Below are positions 27,233 through 41,419 of a DNA stretch of 64,000 nt, piece by piece. The translations under genes and the position numbers were made by a program. The notes under the pieces are model-generated. The model had not been told where the DNA came from and ran no database searches. It was given only the letters and a program-made list of their open reading frames with translations. Within the stretch, counting starts at the first letter, position 1; every line of letters begins with the position of its first letter. The stretch spans positions 101,060,001 through 101,124,000 of the forward strand of contig OX597818.1 in NCBI GenBank assembly GCA_951406725.2. Direction: 5' to 3'. The DNA comes from Octopus vulgaris (Eukaryota).

Positions 27233-29197
27233 CTATGTGTGTGTATATGCAATCATATGTGTATGTGTGTGTATGCCTGGGTGTTTACTTCTGCTTAACT
27301 TCAATTGGGTTATATTTTATACGTAACAGTCATGACATTAATAATGTTAGATACGAATATTATAAATTGTTTTCAACCTATCCAGCAAGAATTAATGCCC
27401 AAATCTATAATGTAGGAAACCCGAATATTTCAACAATAAAATAAGACATTGACAATGTAACACCATTTATATTACAAGGAGTACTATTCACATCGGTTGG
27501 GTGTCACTTGAATGAGAATGCAAGTGATTATTTGGCCAACTATGATGCGATTGACTGATGTTAGAGTGTTAGATTCACAAGATCGTCCAAAATAATTCCT
27601 AATAAATCAGATTTTAAATACCGCTTAGTTCCGTATTAGGACAATTACCCCTCTAGGATGATTACACTTCCCCCACCATAGGACAATTCCCTCGACGACA
27701 ACTACGACCTAGGGAAAATTATCCCCTTTAGTTAATTAAGCCCTCTCCAATATATTAGAAGCATTTGAATCACATGTGGAAACAGGAAAAAGACACACGG
27801 CTCATACAGGTTCAACCGTAAACGGTATGGAGCGTTTGATAAGATTGTTTAGAATTGTTTAGCGTTTACCGGGGTAAACACTAAAAATGCTTTTACTGCT
27901 GTCTCCTTCAATCTGAAATAAAATTGTTTGACACGTCGGCTTATCAGATTATATAAATCATACTAAACCTACAATAATCCATGACAGTTACAACTGACTC
28001 TCCTAAGATGGTCTAACACCTTTCAGGAATGCATCTCGAACTTTGGCATGTTGATGGTTACAAATTAGATACTTCTTGCCATTATAGGCAACATTTTTGC
28101 TATTATCTATAAATTTGCAGCATATATTTGAAGAATATTTTTTTGTATAAGCTACTTATGGCTTAGAAAATATGTTGTTATTTAAGACTACGTAACATAT
28201 TAAGAAATAACAATGGAAATAAGGAGATTGTTAAGAAATAACGTTATTATTCTGACAGATTACATTAATTTTATAACTTAAGGGGGAGAAATATTAAACG
28301 TCTCAATTTTAAATTATTAATGAATGCAATATTGTTAATATATATCAGGTATAGTTTTTTACATGATTTAAACAGCTGAAACAAGCTCCTGTTCACTACC
28401 AAAACTTGTAAAGTGATTTTCTAACGAAATATTGCGTAGTTAAATACACACGAATTGAATTCTTTTGAAACGTAATATTAGTAACAGTGTATAAAAAAAA
28501 GAGCATTAAAGCAAATGTACCGCAGAATAGTGAATGCACGTGCTATGATACAATTACGACGACCAAACACGTATTTTAAAAAATATAAACAATCTATTTT
28601 ACGAACTCACACAGAAGTCATTTAAATATAATTCCTCCTCTCCTCGAAAAAGATAACTAACCAAGAGATATAAATCATAGGGATACATAATGCAGATTAT
28701 TTTTGAATGTGTGTACATTTCTCCTGGTTTTGTATAAAGAGAATGTAAAAAAGCAAACATTTCCGATATGCAAAATGTAAAAAGATCTAAGTATAATTTG
28801 TGCTTAATTCGTTTGTAAATAAACTTTGTATGAAAAATTCCGTTGGATGTTTCGAGTTTAAAATTTATATACTAAGATATATAAAACATAATCAATAACA
28901 AATCGTGATGGTACTTTTGATATATACTTTCATATGTAATATATGCTAACACACCTGCATATCTAACAGACAGATCCCTATTGAAACAGGTTAACTTGCA
29001 CGAACATGTATATATGTTGCTGGTCATTGTGTCATTCATAAGGTTGAGTGTTTACATACGATTCAGCATAGAGAAATAAATCGATAAAATTATATTGATG
29101 TTAGTGTAGTTTCGTTTCATAATGTTATATTTGAAATATTTACATTTTACAGAGATATCTAACGCTTTTTCGTATGCGAATACTTTTATACATATAT

Positions 29198-29428
29198 ATT
29201 TCTTTACTACCCACAAGGGGCTAAACACAGAGGGGACAAACCAGTACAGACAAACGAATTAAGTCAATTACATCGACTCCAGTGTGTAACTGGTACTTAT
29301 TTAATCGACCCCGAAAGGATGAAAAGCAAAGTCGACCTCGGCGAAATTTGAACTCAGAACGTAAAGACAGACAGAATACCAATAAGCATTTCGCCCGGTG
29401 TGCTAACGTTTCTGCCAGCTCTCCGCCT
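29198..29428 (-). mobile_element. tRNA-derived SINE, family B (monomer)
   Basis: Minus strand head AGGCGGAGAGCTGGCAGAAACGTTAGC, B box GAGTTCAAATTTC, tail TTGTGGGTAGTAAAGAAAT; same family at 52930 and 58200. Confidence 0.85.
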
Positions 29429-29562
29429 TTATACATATAATGTGTCTTATGTAGCATAAAGTAGCCCAATCTTTATTAGAAAATATTAACTGTAAACACT
29501 ACATCCACCTTACCACATGTAGTACCTGTTCGGCTTCGAACTATATTTCTTTTATTTACGAA

Positions 29563-29946
29563 CTAGCAGTATCGCCCGGCGTTGCTCAGGTTTGTAAGGG
29601 AAATAACTATAAAGCATTTTTAGAGAGTTATAGCCAAAAAACAGCAAAGAAATGGAAAAAAATGATGGTAAATTTTTTTTGATTGTTAAAAAAGGTGGAG
29701 TTGCCTCCCCTACACAGTTTGTGGTTTGTGTTCCTGATTCTCGACCCCATGTCGAATTTATCGATTTTCTTCAGAACTGGGGGAACTTTTCAAAATTTTC
29801 GCTGCGTTAGTTTTGAATTATGACATTGGGCTATGTGTGTGTCAAGTTTCATCAGAATCGGTTGAAAGCCGTGGTCAGGGTGAGGGTACAAGCAAACAGA
29901 CACACAGAAACACGCACAGACAAACTGCCGTTTATATAGAGAGAGA
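29563..29946 (-). mobile_element. Non-autonomous Helitron
   Basis: Minus strand begins A|TC and ends with a GC hairpin (CCTG/CGGG around AGCAACGC) followed by CGATACTG-CTAG|T: canonical Helitron termini in an AT target with no TSD. Confidence 0.75.
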
Positions 29947-30607
29947 TGTAATAAAGATTCATGAAACATTATTAACCTTAAGATAACATTAATATTCTCC
30001 TTAAACTTGTGTGTAGTGATTTTGTTGCACATGCAACATATTGCCAATGCATCTTACTATATGAAACCATCAATACAAGGTTTGGTGTGATACCGACAGG
30101 TGTTTCGCGAATTCTCCAGTGAATACGATTTTACTGTGTCACTGTTGAGACATTAATTGTAATCATGGATATTGAAATACTAAATTCGTTATGTAACATA
30201 TTTCTAAAATAACGGTTGCAAATAATTTCTTATTGCCTAAATTATTGTAAAATATACGCATGTTCTTATGCCGGTGTTTATATAACAGACTTATTAATTA
30301 ATGCAGGTTTTATGGGACTATAGGCCGAATTTTTTTTATTGATGACTGTTAAGTTTATTATCTTTTTTATTTTTTCACTTGTTTCAGTTGTTTCAGTAAT
30401 TCACTATTGTCCTTTGATCACTTTGTCAGCCAAGTTTTCCAGTAACACCCACGGCACTTTGACTATTGTTGCTGAAGTGTACGTTTAAGTCACCTGTTTA
30501 AATTTTTAAATATACTACAAGTGGCTATTTATGAAAATGTTTTCTACCTGCTCAAACACCAATATCAATGCTTGAGGCATCTTCTGTTGGTACATACACT
30601 TATATAG

Positions 30608-30912
30608 TGGAGGCATATGGTCTAGTGATTAGAGTAGCAGACTCGCAGTCAAGCGATCGCGGGCTCGAATCTCAGACCGAGTGATGTGTGTATTTATGAG
30701 CGAAACACCTAAGCTCCACGCAGCTCCGGCAGAAGGTAATAGCGAAATTCTGCTGACTCTTTCGCCACAACTTTCTCTCACTCTTTCCTCCTGCATCTTG
30801 CAGCTCACCTGCGACGGACCGGCGTCCTGTTCATGTGGGGAACCTATACGCCAGGGAAACCGGGAAACGGGCTCATATGAGCCAGGCATGGCTAGAGAAG
30901 GAACAGACGAAC
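30608..30912 (+). mobile_element. tRNA-derived SINE, family C
   Basis: A box TGGTCTAGTGA and B box GGCTCGAATCTC; homologous copy at 59531-59800 and a small minus-strand fragment at ~57-91. Confidence 0.8.
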
Positions 30913-32411
30913 ATACACTTATATGATGATAACGTTTGCATGTTTTGACTGTATTCTTGCTGCGATGAAGCGTTAGTTTTAACCAATATCTTCAACATTT
31001 TATATACGTTCATAAAATGCAAAACGCTTTGTCTTCTGTATTTCAATTTAAAAGACAATATGATACTAATTTTCTCGACTTACTCATATTTTATCATTTA
31101 TTAGTCCTCTGTATGCCGAAGGAAACGCTTTTTCTTTTCAAATTTTCTGTTTATTTCTGTATATATCTGGATTGATTTTCATTTCTTCTGCAGCGTCTCT
31201 TTATTGCATCCGTGGAGAAAATTGCGGTAGCAAATTGTGGTAGAAAATTGCTGTAAATAAAACTTGAAATGTATTACATATAGATTAGATTAGAACATTG
31301 AGTTTCAACGCCTATCACATCACCGAGCGGTGAAATTGTTCTACTTTCAGTATTATCTATAATTTAGTACAATTGACTTTATATGATACTGGCTCAAACT
31401 TCCTAAAAAATATATCATTTTGTAATTGTGAACTTTATTTTATAAATGTAAGTATCTAATATATATCTTTGCAAAAATATATTGTTGTTTATGAAAAGAT
31501 TACTTGTGCTTAAATATCGTTTCCAAATATACAAAAGCAATAGGAAAATGCGTTTATTTGCTTTTGTATTTTCATGATCGTCATTTAAGTTGTTATAATT
31601 TGACAGTGTTTCAGCTGTCCAATGACCGATTGCATTAAATTCATAAGGATCCTGTTATCATCACAACTGTATAGCATATCCTGTTATCATCACAAATGTA
31701 TAGCATATCATGTGACAAATTGAAATATAACGTGCCATTGTTGCTATTGTTTAATTGGGTGTACGCAGAATTATATTATGTAAACCTAATATGTTCCACT
31801 AATACCCCGATTTATATATAATAAACATAAGATTGATATACTGAATAGGCATAGCATTGAGACGTGAAATGTATGTCCTGATGCACATGGCTGCTTTAGA
31901 CAATAATGTAAATGCAGTGTTATATTTTAGACAAAAACATATTGTCCTGTATTCATGTTATGTTGACTATTGTATCCTCCGAAATAGCTTTTGACCACAA
32001 GATACAAAATAATTTGAACAGCTGCTAAGAAGACACAATCCAAATTTGAGAATTTCAATACTACTAAACTATTAATGAAATGTCAAACTTATTTTTAGAA
32101 TACTGTCATCCAGTTTTTAAAGACGTTTTCTAATGTGTTTTTCTGTTTAAAGTTTACATATTGGTAAAGTAATATAACAAACATTTCACAATGCGGTTAC
32201 TTCAGGTGGAGGAAACATTCTCAGATCAAGACTACAACGCCACAACGTTATATACAATTTTCAGAATTATAAAATTATACTAGACACTTCACTCAGACAA
32301 TTTTCTCTGCATAAATGTATCATTGTGTCATTGCATAGGGACACACTCAAATATTGAGATAGCAGGTGTGTGCTCGTTTTTCAATAATTTTGTAATCACC
32401 GTATAGGCCAT

Positions 32412-32478
<67 letters not shown>

Positions 32479-33213
32479 TTTGCACAACAATATATCACAA
32501 ATACAAATATACATTTTAAGAAAGTCAGTAAATAATCTAATTTTTCTCTCTTAAGCCCTCATAAAACTTGGCATAATTTACATAGTATTATCTGCCCTTG
32601 TATAAAACATAAAATAATCTTATACCTGATAAAGATATAATTATAAGATAATCTAAATGTAGCGTAGATACAATTTTTCCCTGATGGTGGGGGCATTCTA
32701 TGGAAATTAATATTACGATTCACATGTAATCAATCTGCACGAATGTGCTCTAGGGAATTGCTATTTCGAAGGCATGTTGAAACAGATTTTTACGGTGCGT
32801 TAAGTGGATAGTATAAATTATCTCCTTACTACTTTAACTTATACTGTCATTTGTACATGTATATATATAATGTCCTACATGTGTAAATAGATGAATATTT
32901 TTGCTTCGTTGTGATAAGGACCAAGATGGATCTTCTAACTTGGAAATGAAACTGAGCACAATTTCATTTCGATTTGCGCTCTATGTGTACATGGGATATC
33001 TGTGGAAGGCTGTTGGACGAACAGTAGTAAACACGTTTACACCCTGCTGTGTTTACATTTTGTCAATTTAATGCAATACTTTGGTCAATGCCCCGAGTAT
33101 TGCATTATGTATCAAAGGGTCCTTGGAAAGCCTATCTACATAAAATTGAAACACATTACAATTGAATAAGCAAATTACAAATGTATTTGTAAAACGATCC
33201 AAAATTCGATTTC

Positions 33214-33278
<65 letters not shown>

Positions 33279-33889
33279 AGTTTAGGACATTCTAACAATT
33301 TTCATAACAATGGTGGTATCAAATCCTACATTACTCCATGACAATTAAACCAATTCACATTGCGTGACACACATATGACACACGCGGAAAAGAAAAACAG
33401 ATGGGCGTGGATAATGGCAGATATATAACCTGATATTATGTGAGTCTTTCATCTCTACTCATGCAAAATGATATGTATGATATATTGATATATCAAGAGA
33501 AAGCAAGCATTGTATATCAGCTAGCTTATTCTGAATACTACAAGATTAAAAGTGGAACTATCAATAAACAATAGAGATATGTAGTCAACGAATTAAACAC
33601 ATTGAAACGGAAACAAAAGTAAATCATTCAGAATACAAAATAAAAGTATTGCATATTTGAATAAGTTGACGCATGGAGTAATACACCAATAATGTATTGT
33701 GTTCAAATAAGTAAATTATATCAATGAGACCCCAATTGATTACATGAAACAATTGACATTAAAAGAAAATGTAGAAATTAAATACACCATGGACGTCAAT
33801 TTTTGAGACAAAACATTTCTCAGTGCATCTTCACTGGTTGACGTATGAAATGCATATGTATTTATGCATGCATAAATGCAATTGTATTA

Positions 33890-33948
<59 letters not shown>

Positions 33949-35754
33949 GTGTATGTATGTATGTATGTATAGTACACATGAACTTATTACAAACTATTAC
34001 AAGCGTGCTTCTCGTATAAACATGACTATACATATGCTAACTTAAATAGTTTCCAAATGTATATGCTAAAATGGTATCATCTTATGGAAAGTAGGATGTT
34101 TCTAGTCTCTGTGATCCTAAACGTTTAGAAGCTTACACTTGTTTGCCATAAGCGTTTATCATTCCGAAATTTCGTGTTTTACTACATATTCGTAGGGATT
34201 TCTGTAAAAACAAACAAAAAAATTCCAACGACTTTTAGCAAATACATTACCATTACGTTTCAGACAGATTCATCGATGAGTTGTGAAGCAGACTTTCCTA
34301 GAATTTCCTAGATGTTTTATGAAGTTTCGAGAAGTTTCTAAAAGTTTCAAGAATTTCTAGAATATTCGGCAAAACAGATGGCAGTATAAATACATGGATC
34401 ATAATAAACTTTCACGAACAGACACATAAAAACATGCACGCACACACGAACACACACGCGTACACAGAAACAAACACATATACGCACACACATCACTAAT
34501 GCTAATATATCAATCTAAATACAAGGATCATAACAGTTTAGTTTGCTACTAGCTGTCCAAGGGGAGTCAAGTTGGAAGAAATGAATGTTTCTAGGAAATA
34601 TTAGCCATTGTTCATAATTTCTTAGGGTAAGCAAATAGGAAATATCACTTGGTACACAAGGACAAAATCGTATTACACAATGTAATCAATTATGAAAGAT
34701 TTATAAATTTCAGGAGTGTAAGTTCTCTATTGTAGATGATAACTACAGCGAGGACATCATATGTAACGGGGACGGAATGTCAATTGGTTTCTATGAATGT
34801 TCATGTAGTAATGCATTTCATAAATTTGTAATGGTTCACAATATCTCGAAATATATAGTATATGAGTGGATATGAACAACAACAAATGATTGTTAGTTGG
34901 AATCCGTTTTGAAATATAATTCCAATAGACACGCAGTTCAGCTTAAGTATAATAGCAAGGGCAGACATTCCTGCGCTACCCAAATACTCCATGGCCACAC
35001 TTTATTATCTCTCTATATATACACGACAAAATGTATGTGTGCCTGTCATTTATACAAATCCACAATTTTTCAGTTAGAGGGTTTGCACTTTCTATGGTCA
35101 TTCAAAACCGTCCAAGGGTGGTCGTGCACATCTTTATATTTCCCCAGTCACGAAGCAAAGCCATTAACAAATCAATAGAAGTAACTTGTTTGTGAATTTT
35201 CTATCCAAAACCCAATCAAGATGCCCAAACTTGATACGCCAATTGAGTGCCAGCTAGCTGTATGAGATTGGTCGGAGATTTGAACAGTACTCGTGTATAT
35301 GTGCGCACGCCTGCAGCTGTATATGCATGCACTAGCACAATGATCTTGCGTTGCCGGGTCACAGAGCTAGTTCATATTAAACATTGACGTCTGTGTACGT
35401 AAATTTTACGCAGTTTATTGGAAATATACACGTGTACTGTCCAAATACATTGAGGAACTATAATACATAGAAAACATACAGATAGATAGAAGATTATAGA
35501 CTATGTATATATTACATAAAATACAAAGATTAATGTGCTACATATGTGTAGAAATAAACTGAGTCATAAAGATCATGTATATAAATAATATATCTGCGAA
35601 CAAAAAATAACAGCTGCACAAACGAACACTATGTCCCAAAAGCACAGACATATGCACACTGACACCACATACACACACTAGCATACACAGACATAAATAT
35701 GCACGAACACAAACACACATGTATAAACACACAACATACATATGTACACACACA

Positions 35755-35798
<44 letters not shown>

Positions 35799-35949
35799 AA
35801 AGACTATTTTTTTTTATTTTTCGCATAGTTTGCAAGAGGGAATTTTTTCCAGATCTAAAATCTATGCAATCTTTAAAGATATACAAACACTTACATATTT
35901 AAATACATACATGCATTATTATAGATACTCATATGTGTGTATATATTTG

Positions 35950-36177
35950 TAAAGAAGGGGCGCTGAAAGATTCCTGGCTTTACGGCTATTGCGAAAGGCC
36001 GAGTTCGAGGCCAAAATATCCGAGTTCCTTTACAGGTCTCAAAAAAAAAATTGACGGACACCTGCAATAAGTGTGTGAACCCGATAGGTGAATATGTTGG
36101 ATAGAATCCTACTTCACTGTTTCTCCTGAATTTTCTTTTACTTAAGACTAGAAGCAATTCATCTGCCCGATCACGTA
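35950..36177 (+). mobile_element. Mariner-derived internally deleted relic (MITE-like)
   Basis: Degenerate TIR-like ends (GAAGGGGCGCTGAAAGATTCCTGGCTT ... AAGACTAGAAGCAATTCATCTGCCCGATCACGTA) and a mariner C-terminus-like peptide LTDTCNKCVNPIGEYVG*. Confidence 0.55.
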
Positions 36178-36193
36178 TATGTATATATGTATA

Positions 36194-36301
<108 letters not shown>

Positions 36302-36611
36302 ACATGTATAAATACGCAAGTCTCACATTTAAAAAATTTTAGACGAAAATTAAATTCAAGGTTCAAGAAACGAACTTCGTTTCTTTCTTTCCTTGTCTAC
36401 ATTAACTTGATTCTTGTTCTAATTCGATGAAGATAAACTCACTATGCAACACATTTACAGTTAATGTCTTTCCTGTGTTCAAATATTTCCGAAGCCATTT
36501 TGTCCTTCATTATTGATAGTTTTCTCCACCTGTCGTAACTTCAAACGTTATCCATCAGCCTCTCTCTTATACCCCCAACCCGCCGTTTATGCTACATTAC
36601 CCCCACTCATA

Positions 36612-36683
<72 letters not shown>

Positions 36684-37155
36684 TATATATACATATATAT
36701 ATATATACATATATAATATAAACATATATATATAAACATATATATATATATATCTAAATATATATATATATATATTCCAGAATGTCTAATCAACCACAGT
36801 AAACAAATGGGTAGTCAACCAACCTCTGCAAATGTAGCATAAACAAATGTTATTGAAATATTTATAATATTTTCTGAATTTTCTGTCATACTCCGAAGTT
36901 ACTATATTTTTGTTCCCATCTATATATCTGCAACGTAGCATGGCTCATCTATTCAATCATCCACTACTGAAGCTTTCATATCATTCATTGATTAGTATTG
37001 AGTCGCTATGGATTTTCTGTGTTAAATATTATGAAATTTACCGTGGTGTCACGCAAGAAGAAAGAAAATATATTAATCGATATTATTCCGCAATTGATCA
37101 AATGTTATTTTCATTCCGAGGCAATACTTTGTCAAATTGAGAAATGTGTACCTAG

Positions 37156-37242
<87 letters not shown>

Positions 37243-37284
37243 AATAAGTATATATATATATATTCATTCATATGTATATATGTA

Positions 37285-37334
<50 letters not shown>

Positions 37335-37419
37335 TGTCTGTACAAACACACACTCACACAGACATATGTATACATAAACATATATATGAATGGACATATA
37401 CATATTATATATATTTACA

Positions 37420-37455
<36 letters not shown>

Positions 37456-37472
37456 CGCACACCTACACACAC

Positions 37473-37533
<61 letters not shown>

Positions 37534-38113
37534 CGTGCGTGTGTACACATAGAGACATACACAGATTGATATGCACATACGCAATACACATTTACACATA
37601 TTCGTGTGGGCCTCGTGATCTAATACACATTTATTTACTTTTGCTATCGTATGAGAATATTGTGTGTTTGTGTATGTGTGTTTGTGTGTGTGTAACCATA
37701 TTTATAAGTATTCTTGTATGCATATCCCTGTATATAAGAATAATGATAGAAGTAAATAATTATACACAAATATTGAAGTTCGTAGATTGATATATTAATT
37801 TTAGTAATGTGTGTGCGTATATGTGTTTGTTTGTCTGTGTGCGTGTGTGTGCATGTTTGTATGTATCTGTTTGTGAACGTTTACTAATTGCATAAAAATA
37901 TGATTTCTGATTACTTCAGTGAAACCATACAAGATGCTTGCAGTACATGGGGATACCAACACTCGCTCACAAGATATATTTGAATTTTCTTTTACGTTAT
38001 ATATACAAGAAAATTTAAACGCATACCCCTTTTTGCTCGTATACATACAATACATACTTATATACATATATATATATACGTATGTATATATGTATATATA
38101 TATGTATGTATTC

Positions 38114-38153
<40 letters not shown>

Positions 38154-38247
38154 GCATATATATATGTATATATATTTATAAATATATATATGTGTGTGTG
38201 TGCATGTATGTATATATGTATATATATATATAATTATATATATATAC

Positions 38248-38282
<35 letters not shown>

Positions 38283-40474
38283 GTTAGAAATGGCATGGGC
38301 CAATACTGGCCAAAACCTTTCTAAGTTATTCTAAGTTATGTGCATATATATGTATATATATGTGTGTGTATGTGTGTGTGTGTGTTTGTGTGTGTGCATG
38401 TATGTGAGAGATTTATTTGTGTATATATACTCTCACTCAGAGATTTCAGTATGTATATTTGGAGACGTATATTTTTCTATGCATGTGTGTATAATAGCAT
38501 TCGGAGAAAGGAAGATAAACTTAGGAATAAATTGATACATAGATCTATAGATAGACTGAGGAATCAGCAGAAATATAGATCGTGCATTAAGTACACTGAT
38601 ACTCGAGCATTTTCTTTTATCCAATGTTGCTGTTCGCTCAACAGATATGAGAAATCCTGGTAAATTGCAAATAATTAATACGAAGTAGTACGTTGAAGGT
38701 GTTTACATTTTGTGATTGCATGATTGATGAAAATGAAAAAAATTCCAAATATATAGACATCTTCAATTGGCTGAGGACGAATGCTTAATATGTTCATTTA
38801 TACATGGACAAAGTACCTGATACATTTATTTATAATATCTTGCCATAATGCAGTTCTATACCTTCCGATTATATAGTTCCGAGTCGAGTGAAAATTAGAA
38901 AATATATAAAAGAGTGTTTTTTGGGGTAAAATCTTCTCTACTCATTGAAAGTATTTCTGAAGAAATTATTTCATTGTGAGTGTATCTTTCTGTATATTTG
39001 AACTGGATTTACGAAAAACGAGGTGTTTTATGATATTGGTAAACGGAAATTATCCATCTTCAGTATATGCGGATAATCTTTTCCCTATTTTTTTTCGTTG
39101 CTTTTAAGAAAGAATCTATAATTAAATATATTTCAGTAAAGATTTTTGTGATACATAATTCGTTAATACAGTATATTTCTTAAGTGAGCGATACAGTCGT
39201 CATACAAGCCTCTTTCAAATTGTAGGTGTTTTGCATAGGTGAATCGGAAAAGAGACCTGTTCAATACTTAATGTTTTAGATTATTTCTATTAAGAGGCGT
39301 TCTATAAACCACCATAAACGTAATTTGTCACACATGTTGATTACATTAGATACGCTAGAATCTGTACTTGATATACAAAAGTACACCATACTGCTCTTGT
39401 AAAAATTACCAGTACTTCTGTAAAATTTATAAATAAGCATTCACTCACTGGAACAAAGAATTAAAGAGAGAATATTATCACAAAAGAGTAAGTGTTGAAA
39501 ATATCAAGTTCATTATTGCGTTATTGATTAAGAATACCCTGCAAAACATTTCAACACTTAACTAAAACAAAATTGATATGCACCCTTTCTCCAGTATAAA
39601 AATAGTAATAATGATCTTCCATAATAATGATTTAATAACCCCGTATATTCTGTTAGAAATGTCACTGAAGCTTATATATTAAGGTTTAGTGAAAATTCGG
39701 TTTAAAAGATTATAGAAACAATACGTAAATCCAAAGCTCATGCAAAGACGGTTTACCACGCTCCCATCAAAATTTATCTGGAGTTTAGTGAATAATAATA
39801 TTAAGAATTATAAAATCTGGTTTTACGTTTTATAACATACCTACCCTATATTAATATTTGTTGAATGTCTGAATAGTATGTTTTCCCGGAGAATGGTAAC
39901 AACACTTCAGAAACATGTGCAATGTGCATCAAAGATATCTATGTTAGTGATTCTTGCAGGCAATAATATTGACATTTAGCAAGTACAAATTTTGATATTT
40001 AGATATCTACAAGAATTCTAAAATTGTTGATTGTCGCATAACGTCTCCATTGTATTTTGAATAAGGACACATTGAAAAAAAAAACAGCCGGTTGTTCCTC
40101 AGCTATAACTTAGCGGTTTCACTGTTTTTCAGTATGTCATGCCTTAGATAACAGAAACAAAAAATATCACTGAATTTTCCATTAAATGTACGAATATATC
40201 AATAGTGTAATTCGGGGAAATTGAATATGTCATTATGAGAACGATATTCTAACATGTTGTTGAAGTATAAATGCCTAGATTAATAATCTTTCGACATATT
40301 TTTGATATGGTATTTTTCTCAGCATCACCTGTCAAGAGAATATTAAACGTTTGACGATATAATACCCGGAGTACACTCACAAAACTAAAATTTACATATA
40401 CATGAAAAAACATGTATATATGTGGGGAATGTCCGTGTGTGAATGTGTCATTAAATACATACATATATATATAT

Positions 40475-40557
<83 letters not shown>

Positions 40558-40660
40558 AAAAAAGGAGATGTCGAACACGAGTGGTGATATATAAAAAAGG
40601 AAATGAAGAAAATGCTGACAAATAATTGAAGTAATTTAAGTAATTTAATTAGGTGAAAGT

Positions 40661-40707
40661 TCTTTTTACCGGTTGCGCATTTTTTATGCTTATCAAAATA
40701 TAAAAGA
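40661..40707 (-). ncRNA. Variant minimal hammerhead-like motif in pLTR copy 1
   Basis: Same as 50454-50500 except for one loop II base. Confidence 0.45.
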
Positions 40708-41419
40708 GAGATTAGAGTCTGTCTCTTATATGTGAAAAAAAGAGGCTCCAGAGTTGTCTTGGATTTGCTTGGTTTCGCGCCTAAAATTTTGATTGGTCAT
40801 TATGAAGGGGTCACGTGAATGTTTGAATGGAAGTTGGTGTTGGGGTAAGAAAAAAGGCTCCAGAGAAGTTAAAATTTGGCTAGTGTCCCGCCTAAAATTT
40901 CTTATTGGCCATAATAAAGAGGTCACGTGAATGTTTAGAATTTTCGAAAATAGTGTTGTTGAACATTCTTATTGTTCAGGCTGGTCAGTAGACGTCATGT
41001 GGATATTTTAAATAGCTTTTTAGCGCGTAGTTAGGGAGTGTATTTTCCGCTTGACTGGATAAGTAAGTTCGTTTAGAACAGGGAGAGCTGTATGTATGTA
41101 TGTGTGTGCGCGCGCGCGCGTGTGTGTGTTTATATGTATGTTGGGGCGCGCGCGCGTGTATATATGTGTGTGTGTGTGTGTGGGTACAATTTTCAATATT
41201 TATAGTTCTGCTGGCCTTGTGCCTGTATCGGGAAGCAACGTATTTGTGTGAAGTCAATATTTACAGCCATTTCCAAAAAATAGTGTTGGATGTTTTGCAC
41301 CCGTATTCAATTATGTGTATGTGTGGAACCATATATTTGTGTGTGTCATGGTGTTAATATCTGGGTAAAGGTGTGTGTAGTGTGTGTGCAGGTGTAAGTG
41401 TGTTTGTTGTGGGTTCGTG

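Noticed and set aside
30608-30685. tRNA gene-like A/B boxes (also at 54152 and 59531)
   Set aside because: Heads of SINEs continuing into shared repeat bodies; no complete cloverleaf.
31649-31710. 29-bp tandem duplication (a similar ~39-bp one lies at 51408-51486)
   Set aside because: Two-copy slippage duplications with no spacers; not CRISPR-like.
32625-32665. CTGATAAAGAT...ATC hammerhead-like start (also CCGATGAAGAT at ~50945)
   Set aside because: No GAAA core or convincing stems.
34295-34395. 10-bp periodic TAGAAGTTTC-like repeats followed by TATAAAT
   Set aside because: Could be a retroelement promoter relic, but no boundaries or second copy are visible.
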